Source of the DNA: Bigelowiella natans CCMP2755
Taxonomy: Eukaryota > Protista > Cercozoa
Length of the DNA stretch: 49,858 nt
Direction: 5' to 3'
NCBI GenBank assembly: GCA_000320545.1
Contig: ADNK01001098.1
Coordinates: 1 to 49,858 of the forward strand
Shown here: positions 23,345 through 36,185 of the stretch, one piece after another
Layout: each line of letters starts with the position of its first letter
Position numbering within the stretch: the first letter of the stretch is position 1
Notes under the pieces: generated by a model
Told to the model about the DNA's origin: nothing
Seen by the model: only the letters and a program-made list of their open reading frames with translations
Databases searched by the model: none
Translations under genes and position numbers: made by a program

Positions 23345-24634
23345 GGTGGGTTTTTCCTCCCCCGCAGTCAGGACGTCCAATTTGCTTCTTGAAATTCGCA
23401 AGCTAATAGAAAGTAAGATATTTTATGTGGCTACTTATCTGGATAAATAAGAATAATTGACGGTAATTATGTTCTATATTTGTCTCGATTACCACTTACG
23501 GTCGAAATGTATCCGGAAATCGCAAAGCATCGGGAAGGCAGATCGCTCTGAGCATTTCATTCCACCTGTTCTCGAAAATCGTCCGAACGATTCGAGAACC
23601 CACGTAGGCGATTTGTTGATTTGTTGACCGCTTTTGCTCCTAGGCTGGCAGCAAAATGTCCCTCAACAATCTAGGCAATTTTACCCAATTTCGGGTTTAG
23701 CTGTGAATGCAGAGGCAGAACGGCGACGACAACCAGAATCAATCGACGTTTGGTCGCAGAGGCGTGCCGACTGTGAAGATCTTCACACCTAACCGAACAG
23801 GAAGCGGAGTGGATTCATGACGTGAAAAGGAACGATGTTGTTGAAATCTCTAGTGGGAAGGAGTTCGAAAGCACAGGTGCTCATCCTGCGAGGCTTGCGT
23901 TTGAAAGCATGAGCTTTGATGTGTTCTCAGCGTGCGGAGGAGTGGGGAAATGAGGTGGACACTTGGCAAATGAGGTCGAGAACGTGTGAGGGATGAAAGA
24001 AAAGCTTTGGGCATCGCTTGGGCAACTTCGAGTGTTTTTCCTTGTCCCCCAGTCGATGGCAGAATCTTTCAGCACTTCGTTTGCAAGTGACTTTGAAGGT
24101 GAGGCTCTCGTGCTAGCAGAGTTCTGGGTTGTTGGCATCAACGTGATGCACGGAAGTGATTGAGGAAGCACAGAAAAAGAAAAGCAAATTCACGGCTAGC
24201 TGACAGACAGCAGCGAAAATTTGTGCGAAACGGGCAATGCTAGAGTGGTGCGATGCTCTGCAGTGGATTTTTGCCACGTCACACTTCACATGAAACACGT
24301 GATGTGCCTGTGATTTTCTGTGTTTTGACCACATCATTCCAGCAATTTGGTTCAGCAGCAGGTCGTCTGTGGGCAAATTTTCATGTTGCTCATGCTTTCG
24401 CAATTTTTGCTGCTACCAATGGCAGGGAAGTGAAATGTGGGGTGTGGTCCATGCACGGCGGCGCATGTCAGCATGGATGACCATGTGATGATGTTGTGCT
24501 GATGCGATGATGGCTGCGACATGAGCGCCGCCATGCATTTGCATATCATCTGTTATCAAAGCAAGCACTAGAGCACACAAAAATGATACTGCTAGACTGT
24601 GAGCATGAACACACAAGGTTCCCTCTCTCCCTCC

Positions 24635-24673
<39 letters not shown>

Positions 24674-24866
24674 TGTTGAGCACATGTGTGTGCGTTCGAT
24701 TCATCACCATTCTTGCATTGTCATGATGCACACGGGTCTGTAGTTTGCGAGCACGTGTGCATGCATGTGTGCAAGTTGACTGATGGAGCTATTAGCCAGC
24801 TGTGTGTGTCATGTTCAAAGCTGGAACTTTAGTTTCACAAAACTAACCACAGGCCTTGACGTGTCG

Positions 24867-25156
24867 TCACGACCGCTCACGTCTGTTCTTCTTTTGCGCA
24901 GCTTGATGCTCTTCCACTAATGCTCGATGGGCACTACTCCATTTCTTTTCTGGGCCCAGAATCTTCACGACTTCTGCCAAAATGAACACAAAAAATACAT
25001 ATTCAGCATACACAAAGAATGAATCTCTCACACACACATCAAGACATTGCTCAATGCCACACCCAAAAAAAAACACCATGTTCCTTTCGTAATTAGAATA
25101 AAGACGCAGATGATGATGCTTCCGAAGCTGTATTATTTCTGTCTTGCCGTAGATGC

Positions 25157-25194
<38 letters not shown>

Positions 25195-25790
25195 GGGAGA
25201 TCCTCCCACGCTTGTTTGACTGTTTCGGCACGTCGCATACGGTCGCACATCTCCCTCGAATATACACGTGCGTTGCGAAGGCGAAAGTAGATCATCGTCC
25301 GCACGTTGCTAGGGTGCAGATTCGGAGCAGCAGCATGTGCAGTGTCGGGGTGTAGCAGTACAGCGTCGCCTGACACAAGCAAGCACAAGTGATGGCGATT
25401 GCGAGGTGAGACATAAGGAGGAGAAGGGGGGAGGGGAGGAGGAGAAGGGCCGGTTGTTCTTATTATCACTGAACCCAAAAACAGAAGGCAAACACATCGG
25501 AATGTTGAACCCTCCTACCACCCGATTACTTTGAAGATGATACCGTAAGCATCATAATCATTATTAGTAATCATTATTACTATTAACAGTAATATTGCGC
25601 AAGTGTATAGCATCGACGCAATGCATATCTTATAACAAAACCTGGCCGCAGTTTCAGGGGCACCGGAAGCAAGGATCCAGGAGGTGAGATCTCGGGGTGC
25701 TCATGGCGCAACTTCGATGATAGTCCCTCGTATCTGCATGGTGAGGATAGTCAAGAGTTTCAACTTTAAATATTAGTATAAAATAAATAA

Positions 25791-25822
<32 letters not shown>

Positions 25823-26252
25823 AATATAATATGTATGTGTATGTGTATATATGATGTAATATTTATTTTTAGATCCAGCTTCCATACTTTCCGAGTTTCG
25901 CCCCCCGCCTTATGAGTGCTGCGTAGTCGATATCAGAATCTCCTACAAAGGGTAGACGCAAGCAGGTTGGAGTGAGTGAGTCAGTGAGCGAGTGAGTTGT
26001 GACCGGGATGTTGGCGGTCAAAGCACAATAGAAAGCGCCGAGCTGTGGTAGTTGCAGGAGTAGTAGCCCTCCCTCCCTCCCCTTATATTGAAACTACCGT
26101 TGTTACAAATCTCCGTGGCAGGCCCACTCATCAGATCGACATGCTGGAAAGGACAAGAAGATGATGAGGAGGATTCAAATAGGCTGGAATTGGAAGAGCC
26201 AAGTAACATAGCAGAATGTGCAAGTATATATACGTGTATACACTGAGATACG

Positions 26253-26288
<36 letters not shown>

Positions 26289-26294
26289 CAGTAG

Positions 26295-26355
<61 letters not shown>

Positions 26356-26848
26356 ACACACACAACACACACAACACACACGCACAGACAAATTCGCACA
26401 TATTCGCTTGACCCATCTTCTTTCTCTCAGCAATTCTAAATATAGTTGCGTGAGAATAATCTTTCACCGCAGCTATGTGCCATGTAGACAGCAGAGAAAA
26501 CCGATGCGCCTACCCCCCCTTCCCCTCCTGACCCCTCACAACTTATACCGAGCGTGGCCAAACACATAGATTGCCCAGGAGTCGAGGAGGTGACGGCTCT
26601 CTACTACCAGTAGAAGACTTCGTGGAGCTCCCCCTCCCCCCCCCCCTCCTCATCATCGTGTCAGTGAGCGCAACACCAGCGAGGAGAGAGAAGTTGTGGA
26701 AGTTTCGTTGGTGTCTGATCATGATTAAGAAAGCAGGCAATAGACGTTGGCTAGTTATCTCTCGAGTGATGCTATGCGTGCCGTGTGTGTATTTGTGTGC
26801 GCACGCGCTTATTGAAAGGTTTTACTCGTTGAAATATTGTTCGGTTTC

Positions 26849-26898
<50 letters not shown>

Positions 26899-27046
26899 CT
26901 CCCCTCTCTTCCTTCCTGAGTAAACCACACACGCACGTATGAGAGCCGTCTGTGTGCCAAGTCAGCTGCTGCAGTCCGGAAGGAGCCTGCTCAACCCTAT
27001 TGAACAAGCCTCTTCATAAGATTGCATCCGTGTATTTGTGCGTGCG

Positions 27047-27089
<43 letters not shown>

Positions 27090-27512
27090 TCAAATGACGC
27101 GACGTTTTGAGCGTGGGGTCCGTAAGCTGCGGCTCCGGGAATCGCATCGCTATTTGGCAAGCTGTGCGCTCTCCGATCTGCACACGGAAACACAGAGGCA
27201 GAGAAACGTTAACACAGCAACATCAAGAAGCTCTCACGTATCGCCTACAAACCAACGGCAGCAGCAGCAGCAGCTGCAGCAACAACAACAACAACAACAA
27301 CAACAACAACTCCTAACCGCCTCAGTAATATTCCGTGCTTGCATGATATACGCCACAGCGAAGCCAAGACGGCTGTTCGCATCAACAAGCAGCTTCTTCA
27401 AAACCGGATCTGCGCCGAATTTTCCGTCGAGTTTGCCGAGACGATGGAACCCGCTGTTCATGGTATTGCCCCCCTCCACCACCGCGCCCTTATACATGTG
27501 TGAGTGTGTGTT

Positions 27513-27549
<37 letters not shown>

Positions 27550-28386
27550 CCGAGAGGGAGAGGAGAGAGAGAGAGAGAAAGGCGGTGCTAGATACTGCTG
27601 CTGTCTCTCTTTTTTGCATATGAAATATACTGTATGTGGCATTCCCTTCTGTCTGTACTTCGCGTGTAACACACACATCCAACACGCACACAGACACACA
27701 TAATATATCCTATATGTCTACCGGGATCGCCAAGTCTGCAATTACGCGCGCAGCAGCTGCTTCCCAGACGCGCCGCGGCACAGCTTTCCGAATCACCACG
27801 AACCTACACACCGGTCAGAAGATGCAGGGCTCTGCATGAATTGCTGCTGCAAAACTAACGTTACCACTACGATCAAACCAAAGCGCTCGAGCTGCTATTT
27901 TATACATAGAAAGGTGTTAGGAGAATACCCCTCTCGAGCCAGATGGCGCAGCTGTTCTGGTCCGAAGAAGCCTCCTCCTCCATCACCATCGCCAGCATTG
28001 TTATCATCTCCACCACTGCCACCAACATCACAGTCGCTAGCACTACTAGGCCCCTTCACCCCCTTCTTCTTTCCGTCATCGCCTCTTTGATGGCTACTAC
28101 TACTACTACTACTACTACTACTCCTACTGGAAATGGATGCATCGTCAATGATAGCCTCTTCCTTATGTGCAGCACCATGATGATAATCATCGTTTCTCGG
28201 TAGTATACATGCGCGGAAAGAGGTTGTTAGTGGTAGAGGGATAGCATCTTTCCCGGAACTTTGAGGAGGAGGCGCTGGAGCTTGGTAGATGCACAGTCGT
28301 CTGCATTTTGGCCGAACCGCGAGATAAGTCCCAGGAGCCTTGACGCTTTGAACTCGGACATGGTCTATATATTATATAACATATAA

Positions 28387-28422
<36 letters not shown>

Positions 28423-29117
28423 AACTGAAATATATGGACGTCGTCAGAAACAAACGTTTGTTTCGTTTCTTGGTAATCTACATCTCCTCGGATACGAGCG
28501 TGCGTGTTTATGCAGCGCAAAGCCGCCTACGACCGAATGCAATGGTGGTCCCGATGGCAACTTCTAATCAGACTGCTACTGCTACTGCTACTGCTACTAC
28601 TACCTGGGCGGTGGTGGGAGACTTCGACCTGCCACATCAGAGCTCGGTCTTTCCCCCCCCCTGTGGAGTGACCCACCTCGAGCTTACGATAGCAGCAATC
28701 GCTCTTCTCCGTTCTTCTCGTTGTGCCCCCCGCTTTTCCCTGGAATAGGGAAAAATCATATCTCCCGATTAAGTATTTGCAGGTGTTCTCTGGTAGGTGA
28801 TGACAGTGAAGAAGGCTCAATGTATAATAATTCTGAGCTTTTTCCTTTCGACAATTATAGATTTTTATGTGAGCATGTCGATGCGAGTTACAGCAGAAAG
28901 CGCACTGCATTAAACGCGTAAAAAGAAAGACGTGTCCGATGTATTCGGTTCGAAATCATGTTCTTTCCTATAAATCGATATCACCTCGGCGGCGGTCCTC
29001 CCGCCTTGCCTCTTCCGCAAAGCTTGCCCCCTTTTTTCGGAAAATCTTTCGAACGGAAGGGAGGGATGGGATATCATCACTACGCTCCCGCGTCTCTCAA
29101 CCTATCAAAAATATGGA

Positions 29118-29154
<37 letters not shown>

Positions 29155-29309
29155 GTTTGCCACGTGCCACGTTATCAGAGTGCTGATTTCCTTACCAAAA
29201 CCTCCGTGGAGAAGCCTGTATGGCTTTCAAGATGAATTATTGCTCCAGTCCTCCATTGTCCCAAAAGAGTGGGGGAGGGGGAGGGGGAGGGAGGGACGGG
29301 GCTAGCCAT
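24867..29309 (-). CDS. Phytanoyl-CoA dioxygenase (PhyH)-like 2OG-Fe(II) oxygenase; multi-exon, 5' end uncertain
   Basis: EQLRHLAREG | FVVIRKAV; CQIAMRFP; WHTDG (HxD); NFSLLAGVALTD..GNLCVWPRS | H; LRP | GDAVLLHPDTAHAAAPN..RTMIYFRL (distal His and Arg). Confidence 0.85.
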
Positions 29310-29688
29310 CGGCAACTCGCACAGCTGGTGCTCGTTTGTGGGGAGGAGGAGCGATTTCGGTCTCGTATCAGCTACTCAGTGTTGTCGTCTAGATAAAATA
29401 ACAAATAATATGCAAAATTATCATCATTCACTGACTCGGATACTATTTTGTCCTTGCGACAACGATTTCCATCGATTAAATTTTTCGAAACGGCCACATT
29501 GGCACCGATAGATCCGATCGATCCCAGCTTGCACAGACGAGAGTGTACAGTTGAGTGAGTGGCAGCAGGCGACGGGTAGATCTAGGATAGGCTCAGGCCC
29601 GGCCGGAAGAACACTTCTTCGTACCTTATAAGCTAGTTTTCACTGCAACCCTTTCCTAGAATTCTACGCAAAGAACGTACCTCGCTCG

Positions 29689-30396
29689 ATGAAAGGAGCT
29701 GCTGTTAAGGCAGCCGTATGGGTGCTCCTCGTCACCCCCCTAGTCACTGCAGTCGAAACAGAGATGGAATTAGCCTACTTCAAAGCTGCAACTAAAGGAG
29801 ACTTAGAAAAAGTGAAACAACTACTAAAGGAGGGACAGGTTAGTAATAAGTACCTTTCAGAATTGCATCGAAGAAGGATTTTAAACTACGTGTGCATTCC
29901 TTGCCCTTGTTATCTCAGCTATCATAATGGCCTTTTGTTTAACCAGGTAACAGTTGATCATCTCAACGAGCATGGTGAAAGTGCCTTGTTCCTTGCATGC
30001 GAGATGGGGCATGAGAAGATTGTCGATTTTATCCTGGGAGGCTCAATCAGCCTAATCGATTTCAAGACGAAGTATGGAAGGACACCGTTGTGGATGGCAA
30101 GCCGAAATGGGCACAATAGCATTGTGAGGCTGTTAGTTGCTAACGCTCATATTGAGGAACCAATACGGCACTTTTATTCAGTTCTTGTCACGCTGGGCAT
30201 AGCGAAGGACTTCGTGCAGCTAGCAGAAAGTTTCGGGATAGAGGACGATGATCATTTGAAGTATTTGTCGGAGGAAAACTTAGCGCCCATGATAAACTCT
30301 TTAACTGCCTCAGAAAAAAAGAAATTTCGAATTTCTCTACTATGGATGCAGAAGCATCACAATCAGAAGGAGGACAAGAATAGAGATGAGTTATAG
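29689..30396 (+). CDS. Ankyrin-repeat protein with signal peptide and C-terminal RDEL; probable in-frame intron at 29839-29946
   Basis: MKGAAVKAAVWVLLVTPLVTA leader; AATKGDLEKVKQLL, GESALFLACEMGHEKIVDFIL, GRTPLWMASRNGHNSIVRLLV; ends ..KNRDEL*. Confidence 0.88.
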   Translation: MKGAAVKAAVWVLLVTPLVTAVETEMELAYFKAATKGDLEKVKQLLKEGQVSNKYLSELHRRRILNYVCIPCPCYLSYHNGLLFNQVTVDHLNEHGESALFLACEMGHEKIVDFILGGSISLIDFKTKYGRTPLWMASRNGHNSIVRLLVANAHIEEPIRHFYSVLVTLGIAKDFVQLAESFGIEDDDHLKYLSEENLAPMINSLTASEKKKFRISLLWMQKHHNQKEDKNRDEL

Positions 30397-31637
30397 AATG
30401 TGAATATTGGTTTTTATTTGTAGATTATCCATCTTTAACATACATTTTGCGCACAGATATTATACATGCTCGGCCGGAGCGCACTTTGAAAATTCAACTG
30501 TGCCTGCCCACATTCACTGCTGTACATTCATGTCTCTTGTCACACATCCAGCTTGTTTTGCTGTGTCACAGAATTTTCCGATCGAAGCATCATCAATCAT
30601 TGCAGGAAGCCATCATACGTCTACATGGCATTACGCGTCATATTTCGTGCACAGGTTGTGATAAACAGCACATGTGTGTTGGCCACGAGCAAATACAATT
30701 AGAGGGACGCAAACATTGTGCGTTGTGCCGTGCTGCGTCCTCGTGTGCATTTGTCATGTGTTATGCGTTGTGCTTGTACGCACAACCTGTCCGCAAACTG
30801 CGTTGATAGATGATGATTACGTGCACATCAATCACATCGCCTTGGATCATGAACATGCGTGCGCACATGTGAAAACATGCAGGTCTATCGATGTGTTGCT
30901 TGAGGAGATGTGGAGATCAGACAGATTTGTTGGAGCTACGCGTCCACGTAGTGTCACTTCATGCTTTCGGTCTTAGTTGCACATGCTGGCACTCGCTTGA
31001 CATCGCGCTAGCGCGGCCATGCAACAGATGATTGACATCACATCAGCGCTGTGCCAGCTTGTCTTGTCTTAATGTTCACATGCAGCAATGCTTCTAGCTG
31101 TCGTTTCAAAATGGCAAACATCGGCTTCGTGTGCACGATGGTGGTAGCAGCAAGCGGACTCAAAGAATCTATACTGTGCATGACGTGCCTTCACAGCTGA
31201 TTCCATGTCCATTTCCACATGTCTAGCGCCAACACGATGTGTGTCAATCAGTGTACATGCGTGCCCTAGCTCCACATGATTGTCATGTGCACCAAATTGA
31301 CACATATCAGTTGGACAGATCTAGAGATGTTATTCGTGTGCCATCTTGTCATCCAGCTGTGGGGTGTGAAGCCATGTCCTAACCCGAGATGCGGCAGTGG
31401 CGGTAATGATCACATAGAATCTGCTACATGCAATGCATGTGCATGGCCGATTGCATGTCCATTACAATAACTTCATACGTCAATTTCAGGACAAAAAAAT
31501 ACACATGTTTTTCATTGTACATTCGATTCCGATGCTAACTGTGATAAATAATGTTATTCATTAAGTTGAGAATCCCACGCATACACGATGAAATCAGAAC
31601 TAATTATTAAAATAATCTTATCAGAAACCGTGCGATA

Positions 31638-33040
31638 TCATCGATCGTGTATCTGATACACTGTCAAACGTTGTCTTTTAGAGCTCTGACCCTTGCATAG
31701 TCGATTCCATTTTGGACATATTAAAAAAGCGAATCTACAATTGTGGTTCATTACATTGTCAACCTTCGCCGATACGTCAAACTGATACTTCTTCGCTCTT
31801 AACAAAGAAACCTCCAATTGTAATTGTTTCACTGCAGCATCAAGAAGATCAAAGTACGTTCTGAATGAAGTCTCCTGAAAAGATGATGGCTCACTAAGCT
31901 GGGCTTCCATCTTGCGCTTTGTTCCTCTATGAGATAAATTAATCAGACAGTGAAAATTTAGTCTTGTATGCACCATACTTAAAGCACAGTGATTGGCAAC
32001 ACACTTAGTGGAAGGCGATCTGTAGTAGGTTGAACTTGTGTTTCCTGCTCGGGGTGTATTTATCTGAAGTTACAGTTAATTTAAATTTTTAATTTTGATA
32101 AAGATATTGCTTAATAGTGAATTTGCAACAAATTAGACCAGACCATAAAATTTAATGATACCCCCCTATTACTACATTTCCCACATGTTTAGAATTTAGA
32201 ATTAGATTTACAATTTTATTTGTACTCGTTGATGAACACAAATGTAGTAACAATACACCTGTGCTTTATGAACTTCAAATCGCTTTTGTCGAGTATTTAC
32301 TTTTTCTCCAGATTGTACTGAAGATAATTTGCTCTTCGGATTGTCTCTATCTTTGGCAAAAGTGATTGACACAACAGATCTAAGCAGCCGACGAAGGTGA
32401 TTAATTTGCTTCGATTTAGAGGTGGCATCTTGGAACCCTCCTCTATTTGCCATGAGAAGTAGACTTATGACAGTCTCCAACTCGTCTTTCAAGGTGATGT
32501 GTTGATAGGGGTTCATTGCCATGTTGCGATGTTGAGCGTGGGCTTTCAATGGAGGATTTCCAAAATAAAAGAACTCTCCCCGACTTTCTAACGATAGCGA
32601 GACACCGTTAACTTTTACCTTGCGACATGTCAAACGCTCTGTCGTATAATTTTGATTCTCGGAGCTACTGTTATTTATCTCAAAGGTCCTAGTTTTAGAT
32701 TTTCTGTTTCGGTGTTGCTGTTTTTTAGGGTTTCACGCTATTCCTAGAGCAAACGCGATAATTGGAAATAGGATTAGCCAATATTTTTTCCTTGCGACAT
32801 GAGAAGAGCCACTGTTTCGAACAAAACCCCCATGATACTGTTCATAAACACCAGAATTTCTGCTCCGCACATGTGGGGATTTCACGCCGCTTTGGTAGTG
32901 CGCATTCTCTCCAAAGTGAAAACTCCCGGCGTTCCATTACCCATGTTGTTTGTAAAAAATTGAGCTTGTGTTTATCCCCTGCGACAGACAAATTAGAATT
33001 AAAAATAGACATTGTTCATGGACGTATGGGGACTTACCGT
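31638..33040 (-). CDS. Hypothetical multi-exon protein with short AT-rich introns; boundaries approximate
   Basis: Open, splice-flanked segments such as HITLKDELETVISLLLMANRGG..HLRRLLRSVVSITFAK and RGTKRKMEAQLSEPSSFQETSFRTYFDLLDAAVKQLQLEVSLLRAKK. No family recognised. Confidence 0.5.
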
Positions 33041-33155
33041 TGGGTTCCACCTAAGGCTTGACGGGTTGTTAATGAAGATAACAAGAGAGAGTCGTAAGTA
33101 TTTATTATTATATCCTCTGGAAATTAAAAATTTCGTTGCTCTTTCGTAGAATTCT

Positions 33156-36100
33156 ATGTCAACCCCTTTGAAATTTCTACAAGAGGAGTCATCCGATGAT
33201 GAATCCGATGATCAAATTGGAATAGAAAACGAACGACCTCGCAGACCAGAGATAAGAGAGCATGAATTTAGGGGAAGAGAAAGTCTAACAACAGACGTTA
33301 GCAACTCTATTCATCGCGCCGATTTTCAGCTGAGCAAGCAGACTAAGAGTAAAGAATTGAAAGACCAACATATTGATGTCCCAGAAACAAACAATGTGCA
33401 TGAAACAAGACATCAAAAAACCTTGGTTCCAGGCGTCAAATGGAAAGATAATATCAGCAAGATCCACACAAGTGAAAATCATTCAAATCACTCTAATGGA
33501 ACATCTGAAACTATCACACAAAAAACTAAGGAAGAAGGCAATTCTAAATTACCTATGATTACTGGCAAAGGTATTCCTTCGAGAATTCAAAATGAGAAGA
33601 TGCTTGCAAAGCAGCCAGAAAGTAAACAGATAGAATCCATCAAAAATGCTACCGAAGCTCCAGAACGTTTAGGTAGAACCAGATACGACCTCAATCCTCT
33701 TGACGCAGGAACTGTACTTTTGGAGAGCAAGAACAAATCATCCCAAACCCCTAGTCCATGTAGACGGCAGCAAAAAAGATCATGTGCTACCTCGAAAGAA
33801 CGAGCAACAAATATAGATGATGTGGTTATTTTTCAAGAGGATATGAAGGCAAAATATATCGGAAGTAATTTGGGAAACTTGAACCGTAGAGAAACGAGGG
33901 AAACTAGAAAGAACAGTGGCAATCAGTCCACTGAAGAGATGTCCAACTCAAAACACCCGTCACCAAATTTGGATACAGGAGAGCACATTAGGACTAAAGT
34001 CGATAAAGTCATTGAAAAGACAAAACACATGATTCAGGAGCACAAACTTGACAAGAAGCTGGCTAATTTAAGAAATAGACTGGACAATGAAGCGGCAAAC
34101 GTAAGGAGCAGAATGAAAGATTTGGACAATAGGTACAAGGTAAGAGAAAATGCTAAGAATGTCTTCGACAAAGCGCGGAAGGAGTCAGTCAAGAGAGCTC
34201 AGGAGCTGAAGGAGATTGTATCCAATGGTATGGAAGCAATATCTGGTACTGATGATACTCAAAAACAGCGCGCCGAAGCTCTAAAAGGTCAGTTTACAAA
34301 TATGACCTCAGAAGTGGTGCGAAGGGTGCGACAGGCTCAAGGTTTCCGGCGCACAATTGTTCGCCGTGTTGAAAGCGTCAAATCAAGACTACGGGACGTA
34401 CTGACATCTGAAATCTATGAGGGAGTTTCTGAGGCTTTCGAGATAGTAAAAGGCGATAATGAATTAGAGCGGCAAATTGATTTGCCAACTGCTATTCCTG
34501 CGCTATTGGCTCCAATGTTCATTGCATTCTTGCAGAATAACTTCTCCGCAACTTTGTATTTTCTCGTCCCGGTATGTAAACTAATTTGATACCAAATTGA
34601 AGATGCTTGGAAAAACCAAAATTTTTATTACACAGGAATGCATCTTGACATTGATATTCCTAATCCTGGATGCTCAACGCCCGTGTCGATACGATATCGA
34701 ACTTTACTTCTCATTTCGTCTTGCACTGAATATTATTTATATCTTCTGCCTTTTGCACTTACGTCAGAAGTTGACAACCTGGTGAGACCTTATCGATTTT
34801 GTAGAAATCGTTTTTTACTTCTCATTGACATCAGGTATGAAAAGAATGGTAATAAATGGGAGGCATCCCTGGAAAGTGCGTCAGAGTTGTTCGCAGGACA
34901 AGTGGATATTAAGGTCGTCGTTGCGCACATTACAGTACGTTTTCCATCCACATTCTAATAAGTCTGAACCTCAGAGCCCTGATGTAATATCAACAATCTC
35001 GACTGGCTTGGCTACACTCATGTTTTACGACAAATTGAAGGGAAAGTGTTCTTTTGTACTTATGTTCTGGTACCTGACGCCCTTCCTTTTATTCTACAAC
35101 TTCTTGGTCCTTTATCTGGCGTTCGAATGGGGGTATTCATCGAATCAGAACAAAGACCCTTTCCCTAACACGAAATAAAAATATAGTTCTTCCCGTTCAA
35201 GATGTCTTATAAGGGGGAGAATGTAATGATTTTCTTTCACGAGTCAGATGTGCAGACTGCAATAAAGATTTGCTACAAGTATGGATGGTACTTATGGCTT
35301 GCTTGTACCTGGTTACTTTCATCTTCCAAGTAATATTATCATCCTCTTATCGTCCTTAGATTAGATTAAGTGAGGTATTTCTCATGAAATATACTCCTCC
35401 TAGGCTGCTGCAGGAACCATTTGGCTTATCCTAATTTGTTTGAAATGCAACCCTTTTTGCAAGTCATGCCTCGTAAAGTTTACAGGATATATGGATGAGG
35501 TTATCGTATGCGCATTTTGGATTATCATTATATAAGTGTAAGTGACAAACTAATTATGATTTCAGGGACTTCCACACCCCATCACGACCTGGATTGTCTT
35601 GCGTACGACTAAAAATTGCATCTATGTGTTGCACTACCAAGTTTATGGCGATTAAATCATACAGATTGAATAGAGTGCTTAATTTAATTAAATAAATGAT
35701 ATTTATTCGAATATTGTTTGTAAACAGACACTTTGCTTCGTCCGAATTCATACACGATTCTAAGACGGGCTAATATAAAGTCTCATAAAGAGAAAAAACG
35801 TCTCGAAAATGAAAAACGTGCTCTAGAAAAGAAACTCCGTTCCTTAAATGCCAAACTGGATCGCATCAATTTTAGTAGCGGCCGATCACATCCCCCTAAA
35901 AAGAAATCGATGTGGCCATGGATGGCAATGCCGAAGGGTGAAAGAGAGGCAGTCACACAAACCAACTCAATTGCATCAGAAGGAAAACCTCAAATTCCGG
36001 ATTTACACGCTGCGGCTAGGGAAGCAAAAGGGTTTGTTAATGAATTACTTGGAGGTGGACACGGAAAAAACGAGGATGTTTCAAACACTATGCCGGTTAC

Positions 36101-36185
36101 GGAAGAAAGTCATCCTTCGGCAGCGAGATCCTCTGGACCCTCAACGACAGCCAACCCCTTATTTAGAGCATCAAATGAACAATGA
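33156..36185 (+). CDS. Hypothetical membrane protein: long hydrophilic/coiled N-terminus, several TM helices, coiled-coil C-tail
   Basis: First exon of about 1.4 kb, then short exons with hydrophobic helices (ECILTLIFLILDAQRPCRYDIELYFSFRLALNIIYIFCLL; FVLMFWYLTPFLLFYNFLVLYLAF). Last exon KEKKRLENEKRALEKKLRSLNAKLD ends in TGA at 36185. Confidence 0.7.

Noticed and set aside
23675-24200. Long plus-strand frame interrupted only by TGA codons (selenoprotein or TGA recoding?)
   Set aside because: TpA depletion removes TAA and TAG and leaves TGA, which explains the pattern. No Sec motif or SECIS was seen, and TGA is a normal stop in neighbouring genes.
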